Part shown: positions 16,880-26,272 of the stretch, in pieces
Layout: each line of letters starts with the position of its first letter
Position numbering within the stretch: position 1 is the stretch's first letter
DNA from: a virus
Lineage: Duplodnaviria; Caudoviricetes
IMG/VR virus record: IMGVR_UViG_3300025000_000108
Location: 1 to 60,447 of that record
Length of the DNA stretch: 60,447 bases
Strand: one strand, 5' to 3'
The notes under the pieces: model-generated
Database searches by the model: none
The model's input: only the letters and a program-made list of their open reading frames with translations
Told to the model about the DNA's origin: nothing
Translations under genes and position numbers: made by a program

Positions 16880-17131
16880 TTGAGTAATGAAAGTAAGTGG
16901 AGTAGTACATTTCAGTGGTGGGATAACAATCCTCCTGGTGAAGTCATACAGATTCCTATATCAGAGTTAATAGATTATGAATCTACATACACACATATGT
17001 TCAACTACCTGAGAGAGAAGGGGTGGACAAGAGAGGAAAACAAATGGAAGCACTCAGCTCCTGATAGGATCTTTAGAACAATACAAGAAGCATACGAATA
17101 TCAGATCTATTTCTTGGAGACTGTAAGGTGA
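16880..17131 (+). CDS. Hypothetical protein
   Basis: AAGGAGG RBS, TTG start. Confidence 0.65.
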   Translation: MSNESKWSSTFQWWDNNPPGEVIQIPISELIDYESTYTHMFNYLREKGWTREENKWKHSAPDRIFRTIQEAYEYQIYFLETVR

Positions 17132-17910
17132 CAACTAGCCACATAGATTTGGACATAGCAGTCTACACTATAGGTTCTGTCAGTGACAATAGACACTGGC
17201 TGTACAAAGGGCAGAGGTATGATAGTAAGTCTCAGCTCAATAAGCAGCTAAAGAAAGATGGGGTAGATGAGAGTGCTATAGAGACAGCCATAGAACCAGA
17301 TGAGTGGGAGAAGGTAAAAGAATCTCTCTGCACCTTCTATGATAATCTAGAGTCTTATCTTGGTTGTGACTGTCAGGGGTATATTTCTGGTAAGGGTAAC
17401 TTCAGGTATCAAGTAGCTACTATCTTACCTTACAAGGGTAATAGAGATGGTAATGAAAAGCCCTTTTATTATGATGCTATCAGACAGTTCTTTGTTGATA
17501 TCTACGGTGCTAAATTATCTTCAGGTATGGAAGCTGATGATGCTATAGGTCTAGCTACTGATCCTGAAGAAGATATTATTGTAACTATAGATAAGGATCT
17601 TGATTGTATCCCTGGTGTTCATTACAACTGGAACAGGTTAGATTGCTATTATGTATCTGAGTTAGATGCTAATAGACACTTCTTCAAACAGGTGCTAGTA
17701 GGTGACAAGACAGATAACATACTAGGTTTGTTTGGTGTAGGTAATGAGAGTCAGTTAGTTAAGAACGTCTATCAGATGCAGACAGTAGAGGAGATGAGAG
17801 ACTATGTTATCAATGAGTATCGTAGGAGATTTGGATCTCATTGGAGTCTCTTCTATGAAGAGACTTGTTCCTTAGTTTGGATCTTACAGAGACGACAATG
17901 CCCGAAGTAA
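17128..17910 (+). CDS. 5'-3' exonuclease (T7 gp6 / RNase H-like)
   Basis: HIDLD, NFR...YKGNR, EADDAIG, DKDL, GDKTDNI.G..GVG motifs. Confidence 0.92.
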   Translation: MTTSHIDLDIAVYTIGSVSDNRHWLYKGQRYDSKSQLNKQLKKDGVDESAIETAIEPDEWEKVKESLCTFYDNLESYLGCDCQGYISGKGNFRYQVATILPYKGNRDGNEKPFYYDAIRQFFVDIYGAKLSSGMEADDAIGLATDPEEDIIVTIDKDLDCIPGVHYNWNRLDCYYVSELDANRHFFKQVLVGDKTDNILGLFGVGNESQLVKNVYQMQTVEEMRDYVINEYRRRFGSHWSLFYEETCSLVWILQRRQCPK

Positions 17911-18104
17911 TATGTACTAACTGTAGCAAGGTGATTACAGGGAAGAATAAGTTACATGGTCTTCTCTGGTATGGTTATCCCTGGGAGACAAATGGCATGG
18001 AAAAGAGTTGTTTTATAACTATCTGTAAGAGCTGTAAAACAGCAGGTATACATGCACGTAATTATAAGTTCTTTAAGGTGAAAGAGGAGATAGTTGAGCT
18101 ATAA
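17898..18104 (+). CDS. Small zinc-finger protein (paralog family A)
   Basis: CTNC...ITICKSC; aligns with the proteins at 5538 and 5743. Confidence 0.7.
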   Translation: MPEVICTNCSKVITGKNKLHGLLWYGYPWETNGMEKSCFITICKSCKTAGIHARNYKFFKVKEEIVEL

Positions 18105-18558
18105 GAAGAGAGAACGAATAGCCCCATACAAGAGTACATTAGAGTACAAAGTAGCCAAAGAGATCCTCACAGAATATGAGTATGAGCCTATAGGAACTAG
18201 AGTAGCATACTCAATCCCGCATGAATATGTCCCTGATTTTATCCACAGAAACCAACCTGATATCCTAATTGAAGTTAAAGGATATATGGTTAAAGGTCAC
18301 AGTGACTGTCAGAAGTATATCTCAGTGCAAAGAGATAACCCAAACAAAGAACTCATCTTCATCTTCTCAGACCCTTATAAAAGGGCGTACCCTCAGTGTC
18401 GTGTGAGAAAGGATGGTAGTGTTCTCACATTAGCTGAGTGGTGTAAGGGAAATAACTTCCTGTTCTTTAAGACTGACAGTGTGCCAGTAGAACTCTGTCA
18501 GGGTCTGTGGGGTGTCTCTGAGGTGAGGGAATATAAAAGGAGATTGTATGGGAACTAA
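18094..18558 (+). CDS. Endonuclease I / Holliday junction resolvase (T7 gp3-like)
   Basis: YKS.LE, Y.PDF, IEVKG, ...T.AEW motifs. Confidence 0.88.
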   Translation: MSYKKRERIAPYKSTLEYKVAKEILTEYEYEPIGTRVAYSIPHEYVPDFIHRNQPDILIEVKGYMVKGHSDCQKYISVQRDNPNKELIFIFSDPYKRAYPQCRVRKDGSVLTLAEWCKGNNFLFFKTDSVPVELCQGLWGVSEVREYKRRLYGN

Positions 18559-18703
18559 GTGGGCATGCGGGGAGTGTGGATGTAGATGGGATAGTGATTG
18601 GGAGGCCAGAAGGTGTGCTAAAAAAGATAGAAGAAAAGAAGAAGAAATAATAAAAGGATTCAAGGATGCATTAAATAAGAAGAAAGACAAGGAGGTTACG
18701 TAA
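18548..18703 (+). CDS. 51-aa hypothetical CxxC protein
   Basis: Translated by hand: MGTKWACGECG...; AAGGAG RBS. Confidence 0.5.
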   Translation: MGTKWACGECGCRWDSDWEARRCAKKDRRKEEEIIKGFKDALNKKKDKEVT

Positions 18704-20356
18704 TTGCCAAAACGTTTTGATAACTGCCGAGTTTTAGTTCTTTCAGATACTCACGCCCCGTATCACCATAGGGGGACACTTGATTTCTTATCCGCTGTTA
18801 ATGCAGATTACAAACCTGATAGGGTTATCCACGCCGGGGATTGTGGAGACATATACTCGGTTTCAGAGTACCCAAAGGATTTGGAACATAGGGATACGTG
18901 GGGAGATGAGATAAAAGGGCTTCGTAAGTTCGTAAAAGAACTTGGGTCTCTATTCCCAAGAGTAGATCTCCTTGAGAGTAATCATGATTGCTTTGACAAA
19001 GAAACAGAAGTACTTACAAAATCAGGTTTTATTCCCTTTGAATCTCTAGAAGATGGTGTGGAGGTTGGTACACTTAATTTATCTACAAATGAAATTGAGT
19101 ATCAGTTTCCAACAAAAGTTACTAGAGACTTTTATAATGGAACTATGGTGAGAATTAATGGAGCCACCTCTATTGATCTACTAGTGACTCCAAATCACAG
19201 GTTGTATGCATCTAGGCAAACTAGAGGGCACTTTAAGATGCAAACAGCAGAGGAGTTATTAAATAGCAAGTGCAATAAGATCTTCACAAAAGATGCAGGT
19301 ATAAACAACAAACCAGATTATGATATAGACGATACAACTTTAAAAATAGTTGGTTGGTATTTAACAGATGCATCTCAAAAAGGAAATACTATTGTGTTCT
19401 TACAGAGGAAATCTAACTACAAAAAAATAACAGATCTTTTAGATTGTAAAGGGATTCCCTATAAGCTATACGAGAAGGATTGCTCAAGGATTACACATAT
19501 TTGTGGGAAGGAGTTAAAGAAAGTTCCTGAGAATCAAATGGTAATTTCTATCAGAGCTAATGAACTTAATCACTTAGTTCCAAATAGATACAAATTACCA
19601 GACTGGTTATACAACCTATCTAAGAGGCAAGTAGATATTCTTCTTGGTGTTCTTATAGAAGCTGATGGTTCTACTTACACTCAGAATAGAAAAGCTCTTG
19701 TACTCTACGGAACATACGATTTTGTCAATCAAGTTCAAAAACTTCTTCTCCACTCAGGGTACAGGGCGACTATAAGGTGCTATCGGGGTAAAGATTGGAA
19801 GTTAAATATTACAGAGAGAATGGAATCTTGTTCTTATAATTTCAAGAAGCATATTTATACCCAAGAGTATATGGGTTCAATTTATTGTGCAACAGTTCCG
19901 AATGACACATTAATTGTAAGGAGAAATGGGAAGATATCTATCACTGGAAATTCAAGGCCGTATAGAAAATCTGTAGTGGCTGGTATTCCAAGAGAGTTTC
20001 TAATTAAGTATCTAGATGTTATAAATGCACCACCAGATTGGAAGATACACTCATCTCTTAATATCACAGTAGATGCTGATAGATCTAACTGGACAATGGT
20101 ACATAGTTTTGGTGGGAGTAATGCGCTAAATGTAGCGAAGCACAAAGCAACTAACATAGTGATGGGACACCACCACAGTCGAAGTGGCATAGCATCTTTC
20201 AATAACGGGAGGAGAGTGGTACATGGTGTAGATACTGGTTGTCTCATCTCTGATGTTGGCAGTCCTTATCGGTACAATCGTCTTGATATTGGTAGACCTA
20301 TTAGATCTGTTGTGATGATCATAGAGGGTGTACCGCATATTATCCCTATGAGATAA
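18704..20356 (+). CDS. Metallophosphoesterase interrupted by an intein
   Basis: SDTH, GD..D, SNHD, H, GHHH motifs; 321-aa insertion directly after NHD. Confidence 0.9.
   Translation: MPKRFDNCRVLVLSDTHAPYHHRGTLDFLSAVNADYKPDRVIHAGDCGDIYSVSEYPKDLEHRDTWGDEIKGLRKFVKELGSLFPRVDLLESNHDCFDKETEVLTKSGFIPFESLEDGVEVGTLNLSTNEIEYQFPTKVTRDFYNGTMVRINGATSIDLLVTPNHRLYASRQTRGHFKMQTAEELLNSKCNKIFTKDAGINNKPDYDIDDTTLKIVGWYLTDASQKGNTIVFLQRKSNYKKITDLLDCKGIPYKLYEKDCSRITHICGKELKKVPENQMVISIRANELNHLVPNRYKLPDWLYNLSKRQVDILLGVLIEADGSTYTQNRKALVLYGTYDFVNQVQKLLLHSGYRATIRCYRGKDWKLNITERMESCSYNFKKHIYTQEYMGSIYCATVPNDTLIVRRNGKISITGNSRPYRKSVVAGIPREFLIKYLDVINAPPDWKIHSSLNITVDADRSNWTMVHSFGGSNALNVAKHKATNIVMGHHHSRSGIASFNNGRRVVHGVDTGCLISDVGSPYRYNRLDIGRPIRSVVMIIEGVPHIIPMR
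18989..19951 (+). mobile_element. Intein with LAGLIDADG homing endonuclease (321 aa)
   Basis: Block A CFDKETEVLT, block B VTPNH, YLTDAS and LIEADG endonuclease motifs, block F IYCATVPN, terminal GN followed by extein Ser. Confidence 0.92.
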
Positions 20357-20358
20357 CA

Positions 20359-20541
20359 ATGGAACGTAATGTACGCATGTATCTAATATGGCAAGAACGA
20401 CAAGACCTTCCAGGTACTTCCAGGGTCAGACACTTCCCTAATATGAATGCTCTGAATGATTTCCTGTCAGCACTGGATGGTGCTAATGTGAAGTCTGTAA
20501 AGGTGCTGGCAGCTATGCTATTAGAAGAGAGGGAAGAGTAA
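20359..20541 (+). CDS. Hypothetical protein
   Basis: ORF in a co-directional gene run. Confidence 0.55.
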   Translation: MERNVRMYLIWQERQDLPGTSRVRHFPNMNALNDFLSALDGANVKSVKVLAAMLLEEREE

Positions 20542-20711
20542 TGGTAATCTGGATTATAGGGTATCTAATAACTATCGGAGCTTTTATGGACAGTATAGCT
20601 AAAGATAAATAGTATAACCAAATATTCATGACGCTTGCTCTTCTCCCTCTTTGGCCTTTACTTATCGGAGCAACAATCGGAGAACTGATAAATAAATTAG
20701 ATGGCCAGTAG
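20541..20711 (+). pseudogene. Small membrane protein gene with an internal TAG at 20610-20612
   Basis: MVIWIIGYLITIGAFMDSIAKDK*YNQIFMTLALLPLWPLLIGATIGELINKLDGQ; the frame continues coherently past the stop. Confidence 0.5.
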
Positions 20712-20895
20712 AGGATATAATGGTAGATTAATCTACCTATTAAAACAAGATCATAAGAACTATGCACTCCTTCAGTTTGGCAATGAGTTTCAAGTAGCAC
20801 CTAAGTGTATCTATGAGATGAACTTAGATAATTGGATAGAAGATGCTGAGGAGAAGGATGTGTATAGTCAATGGTGGAACTTTGAGCTTGTCTGA
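20701..20895 (+). CDS. Hypothetical protein
   Basis: ORF in gene run. Confidence 0.55.
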   Translation: MASRGYNGRLIYLLKQDHKNYALLQFGNEFQVAPKCIYEMNLDNWIEDAEEKDVYSQWWNFELV

Positions 20896-20927
20896 AGACA
20901 AGCTGTTCTTTTTGAAGGGGATAAATA

Positions 20928-21071
20928 ATGTTGAGTAATATATGGTACTGGCTGAAAGGATTGTTTTCTGTAATCAACAAGGTGGAGCCAGTAATTGATA
21001 AGGTGCAACAAGAGTTCAATGAGATCGTGGATGAAGTGCAAAAAGTATCTAAGAGGGTAGATAAAGAATGA
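20928..21071 (+). CDS. 47-aa hypothetical amphipathic/coiled protein
   Basis: Translated by hand; AAGGGG RBS; stop overlaps the next ATG. Confidence 0.5.
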   Translation: MLSNIWYWLKGLFSVINKVEPVIDKVQQEFNEIVDEVQKVSKRVDKE

Positions 21072-21316
21072 AGTATAGAAAGAAGCCAGTAGTAATAGAA
21101 GCTGTTGAATACACTGTTGATAACCTTGTTGATGTTAAAAAGTTTATAACAAGTTACACTTATTTCTCTGAAGATACAAAACAGTTGATGATACAAACAC
21201 TAGAGGGAGATATGTGGGCATCTCCAGGTGATATGATCATTCAGGGTGTTAGTGGTGAGTTCTATCCCTGTAGACCAGATATCTTTGAGATGACATATGA
21301 GAGGGCTGAAGAATGA
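21068..21316 (+). CDS. Conserved phage protein (KYRKKPVVIEA...TLEG...PGD.II.G..GEFYPC family)
   Basis: Recognisable widespread phage motif set. Confidence 0.85.
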   Translation: MKYRKKPVVIEAVEYTVDNLVDVKKFITSYTYFSEDTKQLMIQTLEGDMWASPGDMIIQGVSGEFYPCRPDIFEMTYERAEE

Positions 21317-21525
21317 TATCAATTAATTGTCCGTACTGTGAGAAGATCATTGAGGTACACACACTGTCCTCTGACGGTCCATTCAGTCTGCACGAACAAG
21401 AGAGAATCCCATACCACATTAAGCTTAGTTTAGATGGTACTCTTATGTTCTGTGGTGGCTGTAAGAAAGCTAGTAGATTTGAATATGATTATGTGGATGA
21501 TAAGTTATCTGTGGTGAAAGGATGA
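21313..21525 (+). CDS. Small zinc-ribbon protein
   Basis: CPYC...CGGC. Confidence 0.6.
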   Translation: MISINCPYCEKIIEVHTLSSDGPFSLHEQERIPYHIKLSLDGTLMFCGGCKKASRFEYDYVDDKLSVVKG

Positions 21526-21725
21526 AAGAAGTCTTTAACAAAGATGAAATAAAGATTCTATTTAGAAGATGTACATCATGTAGTGGAAATGGATACACTT
21601 TAATCTCTTCTCACGATTGTTGGGGAAAAGACGAGAGCTATCATAGGGCTTGCTCCTCTTGCAATGGATATGGATTTACAATAAGACCTGACTTTGTAAA
21701 AGTAATAAAGGAGACTATTCTTTGA
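21522..21725 (+). CDS. DnaJ-type zinc-finger protein
   Basis: Two CxxCxGxG repeats. Confidence 0.7.
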   Translation: MKEVFNKDEIKILFRRCTSCSGNGYTLISSHDCWGKDESYHRACSSCNGYGFTIRPDFVKVIKETIL

Positions 21726-22138
21726 AAGTTAAACTATTACACCCTAGTGCTATCTGTCCTACCAGGGGTACTGCTTGGTCTGCTGGTTGGGATCTGTATG
21801 CAGTAGAGGATATCATCATAATTCCTGGTACATCTGAAGTTATACCTCTTGGTATTGCAGTAGATGTGGGTAAGGGAAACTTTGGGTTACTGACTCACAG
21901 ATCTTCCTTCGGATTCAAGTTAGATACCATTGCTTCTTTTGGATGTGTGGACGCAGATTATCGTGGGGAAGTTAAAGTGAAGTTATTCAACTTAGGTGCT
22001 GATGGTGTCTATATTAAAACTGGAGATAGGGTTGCTCAGTTACTTATAGTACCTGTAGAAATGAAAGGTATAGAGGTGCTAGAAGAACTAGAGGAAACTT
22101 TCAGAGGAGAGGGAGGATTCGGACATTCCGGAGTATAG
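21722..22138 (+). CDS. dut: dUTPase (trimeric)
   Basis: SAGWDL, RSS, G.VDADYRGE, GDRVAQ, RGEGGFGHSG motifs. Confidence 0.95.
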   Translation: MKVKLLHPSAICPTRGTAWSAGWDLYAVEDIIIIPGTSEVIPLGIAVDVGKGNFGLLTHRSSFGFKLDTIASFGCVDADYRGEVKVKLFNLGADGVYIKTGDRVAQLLIVPVEMKGIEVLEELEETFRGEGGFGHSGV

Positions 22139-22146
22139 ATAAATGA

Positions 22147-22347
22147 ATGAGTAAAAGGAAAAGAATATACTGTTCTAATAAAACCTGTGTGGTGCGTACA
22201 TGCTCTAGAAACATCTGCCATCACACAGGTAGATACTATAGGAACACTGATTGGATAAGGTTAGGTCCAGATACCTGTGAGTTATATAAGGGCTTAGAAA
22301 GATTTTCTACTTTGTTTCAAAAAGAGGAGATTGAAGAAGATGAGTGA
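22147..22347 (+). CDS. Cys-rich hypothetical protein
   Basis: C....C....C.R...C pattern. Confidence 0.55.
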   Translation: MSKRKRIYCSNKTCVVRTCSRNICHHTGRYYRNTDWIRLGPDTCELYKGLERFSTLFQKEEIEEDE

Positions 22348-22492
22348 TGTAGAGCCGTGTGATCATTTACTTGGGTGGATGTACGACATAGATCAGTTTA
22401 GTGAAGAGATGTTTACACCCGTGTATGCCTCGGATCAGATAGATCCTGATGAGTGCTTTTTATATTGTCCTTTTTGTGGAGAGGAATTGTAA
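22340..22492 (+). CDS. 50-aa zinc-finger protein (CDH...YCPFCG)
   Basis: Translated by hand; GAGGAG RBS. Confidence 0.6.
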   Translation: MSDVEPCDHLLGWMYDIDQFSEEMFTPVYASDQIDPDECFLYCPFCGEEL

Positions 22493-22752
22493 TGCCCTCA
22501 TACATCTATCTTTGTTCTCATTGCGGATTAAAGTTTGAAAGACAACTATCAGTAGATATGAGGAACCTCCCCCTAATAGAAGAGTGCCCTAGGTGCCAGG
22601 AGTATGAGGTAATTAAGTTACCAAGTGTATGTACCATTAAAGTACCAGAAGGAAACTGCGGCAATGCAGCTAACAACTATAGCTCAACACATGGTGACTC
22701 GGAAAATGCAAGAGCTAGGAACAGAGGTGAACCAGAACCCTATAAGAAGTAA
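22492..22752 (+). CDS. FmdB-family zinc-ribbon protein
   Basis: MPSY.Y.C..CG..FE...CPRC. Confidence 0.8.
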   Translation: MPSYIYLCSHCGLKFERQLSVDMRNLPLIEECPRCQEYEVIKLPSVCTIKVPEGNCGNAANNYSSTHGDSENARARNRGEPEPYKK

Positions 22753-22915
22753 CTGGTATGTGCTATGTGCGACCAGAGAGAACTCTTGGTGGAACGGTCC
22801 AGTAACTAGGAGAGAAGCTAATAGGTTGTCTAACCACTATAAGAACGGATTATATAGAGGAGATATAGAAGTAATTGTTATACAAGCTAAAGATCCAACC
22901 TTACCACGGAGGTAA
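22727..22915 (+). CDS. Small hypothetical protein
   Basis: 3' part of ORF 22625..22915; start uncertain. Confidence 0.4.
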   Translation: MNQNPIRSNWYVLCATRENSWWNGPVTRREANRLSNHYKNGLYRGDIEVIVIQAKDPTLPRR

Positions 22916-23624
22916 CTTAAAGGGGGTGTGGTTGTTCACTAGGAAACTAGATGGTATCTGTGCAAACCTAGACGCACTGAACCGTAGAGTCCTTAGTAGA
23001 CATAATCATCCCCTTTATAATTTTGAAGAGATCTTTAATAATCACCGAGATCTAAAAGGAATCTATGAGGTATTCAGAACTGATTGGGAAACCTCAGTAT
23101 CTCTGTGCAGATCGAAGACTAGTAGACTCAGAGTTGAGAGAGAGGATCTCTATCAGTTAGACATACCAGAAGAGAGGATCATATTAGATAAGTATGTATA
23201 TCCTACAGAAGAGTTCATCAAACAGCAACTTCAAGAAGCTCTTGATAGGGGTGATGAAGGTCTAGTCTTGATTCCGTTAGAGTCTAAGAGAATCCTGTAT
23301 GCACCTAATTACAATCTACCAAGACTTAAGGTTAAACCAGCATACAATCTTGATGTGAGAGTGACTGGTTTCAGGGAAGGTACTGGAAAGTTCAAAGGAC
23401 TACTAGGTGCATTGACAACTAACTATGGTGATGTTGGTATAGGGTTCTCAATGGCCGATAGGTATGAACTGTGGGCTAATAGGTTCATAATCAGTAGCTC
23501 TATCATTGAAGTTAAAACAACTGGTATGACAAGAGATAATAAAATGAGATTCCCATCCTTCGTTCGTAGGAGATGGGATAAGGATTCTGAAAACTTAGAA
23601 TGTTCATCATTACTTATTTACTAA
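22875..23624 (+). CDS. lig: ATP-dependent DNA ligase (minimal)
   Basis: KLDG motif I, EGLV, LKVKP, OB-fold G.GF...RFP.F..R.DK. Confidence 0.9.
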   Translation: MLYKLKIQPYHGGNLKGVWLFTRKLDGICANLDALNRRVLSRHNHPLYNFEEIFNNHRDLKGIYEVFRTDWETSVSLCRSKTSRLRVEREDLYQLDIPEERIILDKYVYPTEEFIKQQLQEALDRGDEGLVLIPLESKRILYAPNYNLPRLKVKPAYNLDVRVTGFREGTGKFKGLLGALTTNYGDVGIGFSMADRYELWANRFIISSSIIEVKTTGMTRDNKMRFPSFVRRRWDKDSENLECSSLLIY

Positions 23625-23719
23625 AGTCTTTTCTGATTCTATCAGGTGTCATCTCTCTTTCTCTGATGGCACTGATAGGATTCAACTTAATCTTTTATGG
23701 GTCTGTATGGGGGAAATGA
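23600..23719 (+). CDS. 39-aa membrane peptide
   Basis: Translated by hand: MFIITYLLKSFLILSGVISLSLMALIGFNLIFYGSVWGK. Confidence 0.4.
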   Translation: MFIITYLLKSFLILSGVISLSLMALIGFNLIFYGSVWGK

Positions 23720-23794
23720 TAGATATACTTTTATTGATTGTAGTTACTATAGATATCTTTGTTACTATTGGAGTTTACTTTAAGAGGGAGAAAT

Positions 23795-24184
23795 ATGTTC
23801 GTAGATAGAGTATCGTTGTACAAGATGGTGTGTCCACACTGTAATAAAGAGGTGAGTATATTTGATACCTTTTGTAGTAGTTGCAAGAGAAACATGAATG
23901 AATATTATTACAGTGATAAAGACTGGAGTTATCCCTCAAAGAAAGACAAAGAGAAAAAGATTGAAGATCCGAAAGCACTAGATAAACAAGAAGCTGGTAA
24001 CCACTACCGTAAATACAAGATTCAGCCGGTTGAGTTCTGCCAGAAGAATAACCTACCATACTGTGAGTCGAACGTGATTAAGTACGTAGTTAGACACAGA
24101 GACAAGAATGGTCTGGAAGATCTGAAGAAAGCTAAACATTATTTAGAGCTGATAGCGCAGTTGGAATATGGAGAAACAATATGA
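23795..24184 (+). CDS. DUF3310 / T7 gp1.7-like nucleotide kinase domain protein with N-terminal zinc ribbon
   Basis: Q..G.HY....IQP.E....NVIKY..R...KNG.EDLKKA..Y; CPHC/CSSC; GAGGGAG RBS before the ATG at 23795. Confidence 0.85.
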   Translation: MFVDRVSLYKMVCPHCNKEVSIFDTFCSSCKRNMNEYYYSDKDWSYPSKKDKEKKIEDPKALDKQEAGNHYRKYKIQPVEFCQKNNLPYCESNVIKYVVRHRDKNGLEDLKKAKHYLELIAQLEYGETI

Positions 24185-24390
24185 ATACACCGAAACTATA
24201 TTGGGAACAAATTGATAATTACCACCAGAGGTGTAAAGTTCCGGGAGGTTGGCTAGTGAAAGCCTATGAAGATGTATATGCAGATCTATCTAATTATAAT
24301 GGAGGTATACAGTCTCCCTATAGTCTTCAAGTATCTATGTGTTTCCTGCCAGATCCTAACTATAAGTGGAAAGAAAGTGAGATAGTTTGA
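24181..24390 (+). CDS. Hypothetical phage protein (R.KVPGGWLV...F.PDP...W)
   Basis: Recognisable small phage motif. Confidence 0.7.
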   Translation: MNTPKLYWEQIDNYHQRCKVPGGWLVKAYEDVYADLSNYNGGIQSPYSLQVSMCFLPDPNYKWKESEIV

Positions 24391-24887
24391 GACAATTTAA
24401 GAATCACTTAGGTCTATCAGCACTAGATACTAAGTGCATCTTGATTGCTGATGGCCCTTCTAAAAGAATCCCAATAGAACACCCTAAACTTATAACTCTT
24501 GACTATCCTGTTGCTGTAGTAAATAGAGTTGGATACCAGTACCCTGGTAGAAAAGATTACTGGTTCTCACTTCATCCTGAGAATTTCTGCGAGTGGGCTG
24601 ATAGAGCAACTAACCTATCCCGGTGTGCATTCATAGGCTTTAAGGTATCAAAGTTAAATTTATCTACCTATAGGTACATTAACACTAACTATAGGTTAAT
24701 CACTGGTGGTACATCAAGTCTCTTTGCAATAGAGAACCTAATAGCTATAGGGTACAAGGAGATAGATCTCTATGGTGTGGATATGGATATAGAACCTTAT
24801 CTTGGTCATAGAAAGTGTTGGTCTGCTTTAGCAGATACTGATTGTGTAATTAAAAACAAAGGTGGTATATGGCATTGGGAAAACTAG
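24387..24887 (+). CDS. GT29/GT42/MptE-like Rossmann-fold transferase
   Basis: I.A.GPS, AVVN, GGTSS.FAI....GYKEI.LYGVDM signature. Confidence 0.65.
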   Translation: MRQFKNHLGLSALDTKCILIADGPSKRIPIEHPKLITLDYPVAVVNRVGYQYPGRKDYWFSLHPENFCEWADRATNLSRCAFIGFKVSKLNLSTYRYINTNYRLITGGTSSLFAIENLIAIGYKEIDLYGVDMDIEPYLGHRKCWSALADTDCVIKNKGGIWHWEN

Positions 24888-25084
24888 AAGAAGTTGTAGC
24901 ATGGTCTGACGGTAGAGGGCAGTTACATAAGAGTAAAGAGGAGGCTATCTTTGCTGAACTAAACATTAAGCTATTAGATGTTAATAGACATGGTACATTC
25001 GTACTGAGAGAAACTGATATCTTAAAACCTCAGTTCCGAAAGGAGATTATAGAACTCTTGGAGATGCTAGATAGTGAAGAGTAA
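24869..25084 (+). CDS. Hypothetical protein
   Basis: AGGTGG RBS; in gene run. Confidence 0.55.
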   Translation: MALGKLEEVVAWSDGRGQLHKSKEEAIFAELNIKLLDVNRHGTFVLRETDILKPQFRKEIIELLEMLDSEE

Positions 25085-25754
25085 AGTTATGGTGGTTGGT
25101 GATATTCATGGGGATTGGGCATCTCTGAATACACTTATAACTAAGAAGAAACCAGATATCATCTTACAGTGTGGAGACTTTGGGTGGTGGCCTACATTTA
25201 GTAGAATCAAAAGTACACTGTATAGAGAGAAAGAATGGTCACACACAGGGGTTAAACCACAGGAAACTACTATCTATTGGTGTGATGGGAATCATGAGGA
25301 TCACTCAGATCTTAGTAAACACAAGGAGATAACTGAGTTATATAAAGGGATTAACTATTGCCCAAGAGGATCTACTATCACCCTTCCGGACAATAGAGTT
25401 GTTCTCTTTATAGGAGGAGCTGAGAGTATTGATAGAAGGTGGAGGACAGCAGGTGTTGATTGGTTCGCAGAAGAGTTAATCAATAACGATGATCTAGATA
25501 AATGCCTTGTCCACGATAGGGTTGATATTGTTATCTCTCATACTTGTCCATTTGAGTTCCATGTTGTAACTAAATCTGTAGATAAGTACAATGACCCCTC
25601 TCAAAAAGCGTTGTCTGTGGTGCTTGATAAATATAAACCAGATCAGTGGTTCTTTGGACACTTCCATAAGAATCAAATAGGTAAGAGAAACAATACCTAT
25701 TGGGAGTGTCTAGATTATCCTAGGAATGGAAACAAATGGTGGAGGTGGTTATGA
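25074..25754 (+). CDS. Metallophosphoesterase (calcineurin-like)
   Basis: GDIHG, GDFG, GNHE, SH..P, FGHFH motifs. Confidence 0.92.
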   Translation: MKSKVMVVGDIHGDWASLNTLITKKKPDIILQCGDFGWWPTFSRIKSTLYREKEWSHTGVKPQETTIYWCDGNHEDHSDLSKHKEITELYKGINYCPRGSTITLPDNRVVLFIGGAESIDRRWRTAGVDWFAEELINNDDLDKCLVHDRVDIVISHTCPFEFHVVTKSVDKYNDPSQKALSVVLDKYKPDQWFFGHFHKNQIGKRNNTYWECLDYPRNGNKWWRWL

Positions 25755-26272
25755 AAGTTAAAGTGCTAAAAGAAGCAGGGTTTGAAGAGGCGCTGTTAGG
25801 TATTTCATTTAGCTATAATTCTACACCAAACAAGAAAGTAGCTGATAGACTGGCCTGGAAACAAGGAGGACATAATAAGTTCCTCGAAAGTATTATTGTT
25901 TGGCTAGATGTTACAGCCCCTCGGTACTGGTGGCAAGAATCAGATACCTACAGACACACAAGTAAGCAGTCCCAAGCTACAATCCATACAATTCAAAGGA
26001 GAACTCTTACAGAGGAAGACTTTGTAGATGGTGATATAGACCCTATAATCCTCTCTAGGGTTAATGAGATTATCTTAGAGGGTAATCTACTTAAGATAAA
26101 AAGAAATCTCCCAGAAGGGTTCTTACAGCGCAGAGAATGGAGAGTAGATTACAAGACCTTGCAGAACATCTGTATGCAAAGGAAAGGGCATAAGCTACCA
26201 GAGTGGCAGTTGTTTATTAGCTCCTTACAGGAGCAATTAGAACACTCTTACTATGTGGTGAGGCCAGAGTGA
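25751..26272 (+). CDS. ThyX/Thy1-like (FAD-dependent thymidylate synthase-like) protein, short form
   Basis: GH.KFLE, APRYWWQE.DTYR, LPEGFLQ, Y..L.NI..QR..HKL.EW motifs; the canonical RHRxxS motif is degenerate. Confidence 0.7.
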   Translation: MKVKVLKEAGFEEALLGISFSYNSTPNKKVADRLAWKQGGHNKFLESIIVWLDVTAPRYWWQESDTYRHTSKQSQATIHTIQRRTLTEEDFVDGDIDPIILSRVNEIILEGNLLKIKRNLPEGFLQRREWRVDYKTLQNICMQRKGHKLPEWQLFISSLQEQLEHSYYVVRPE

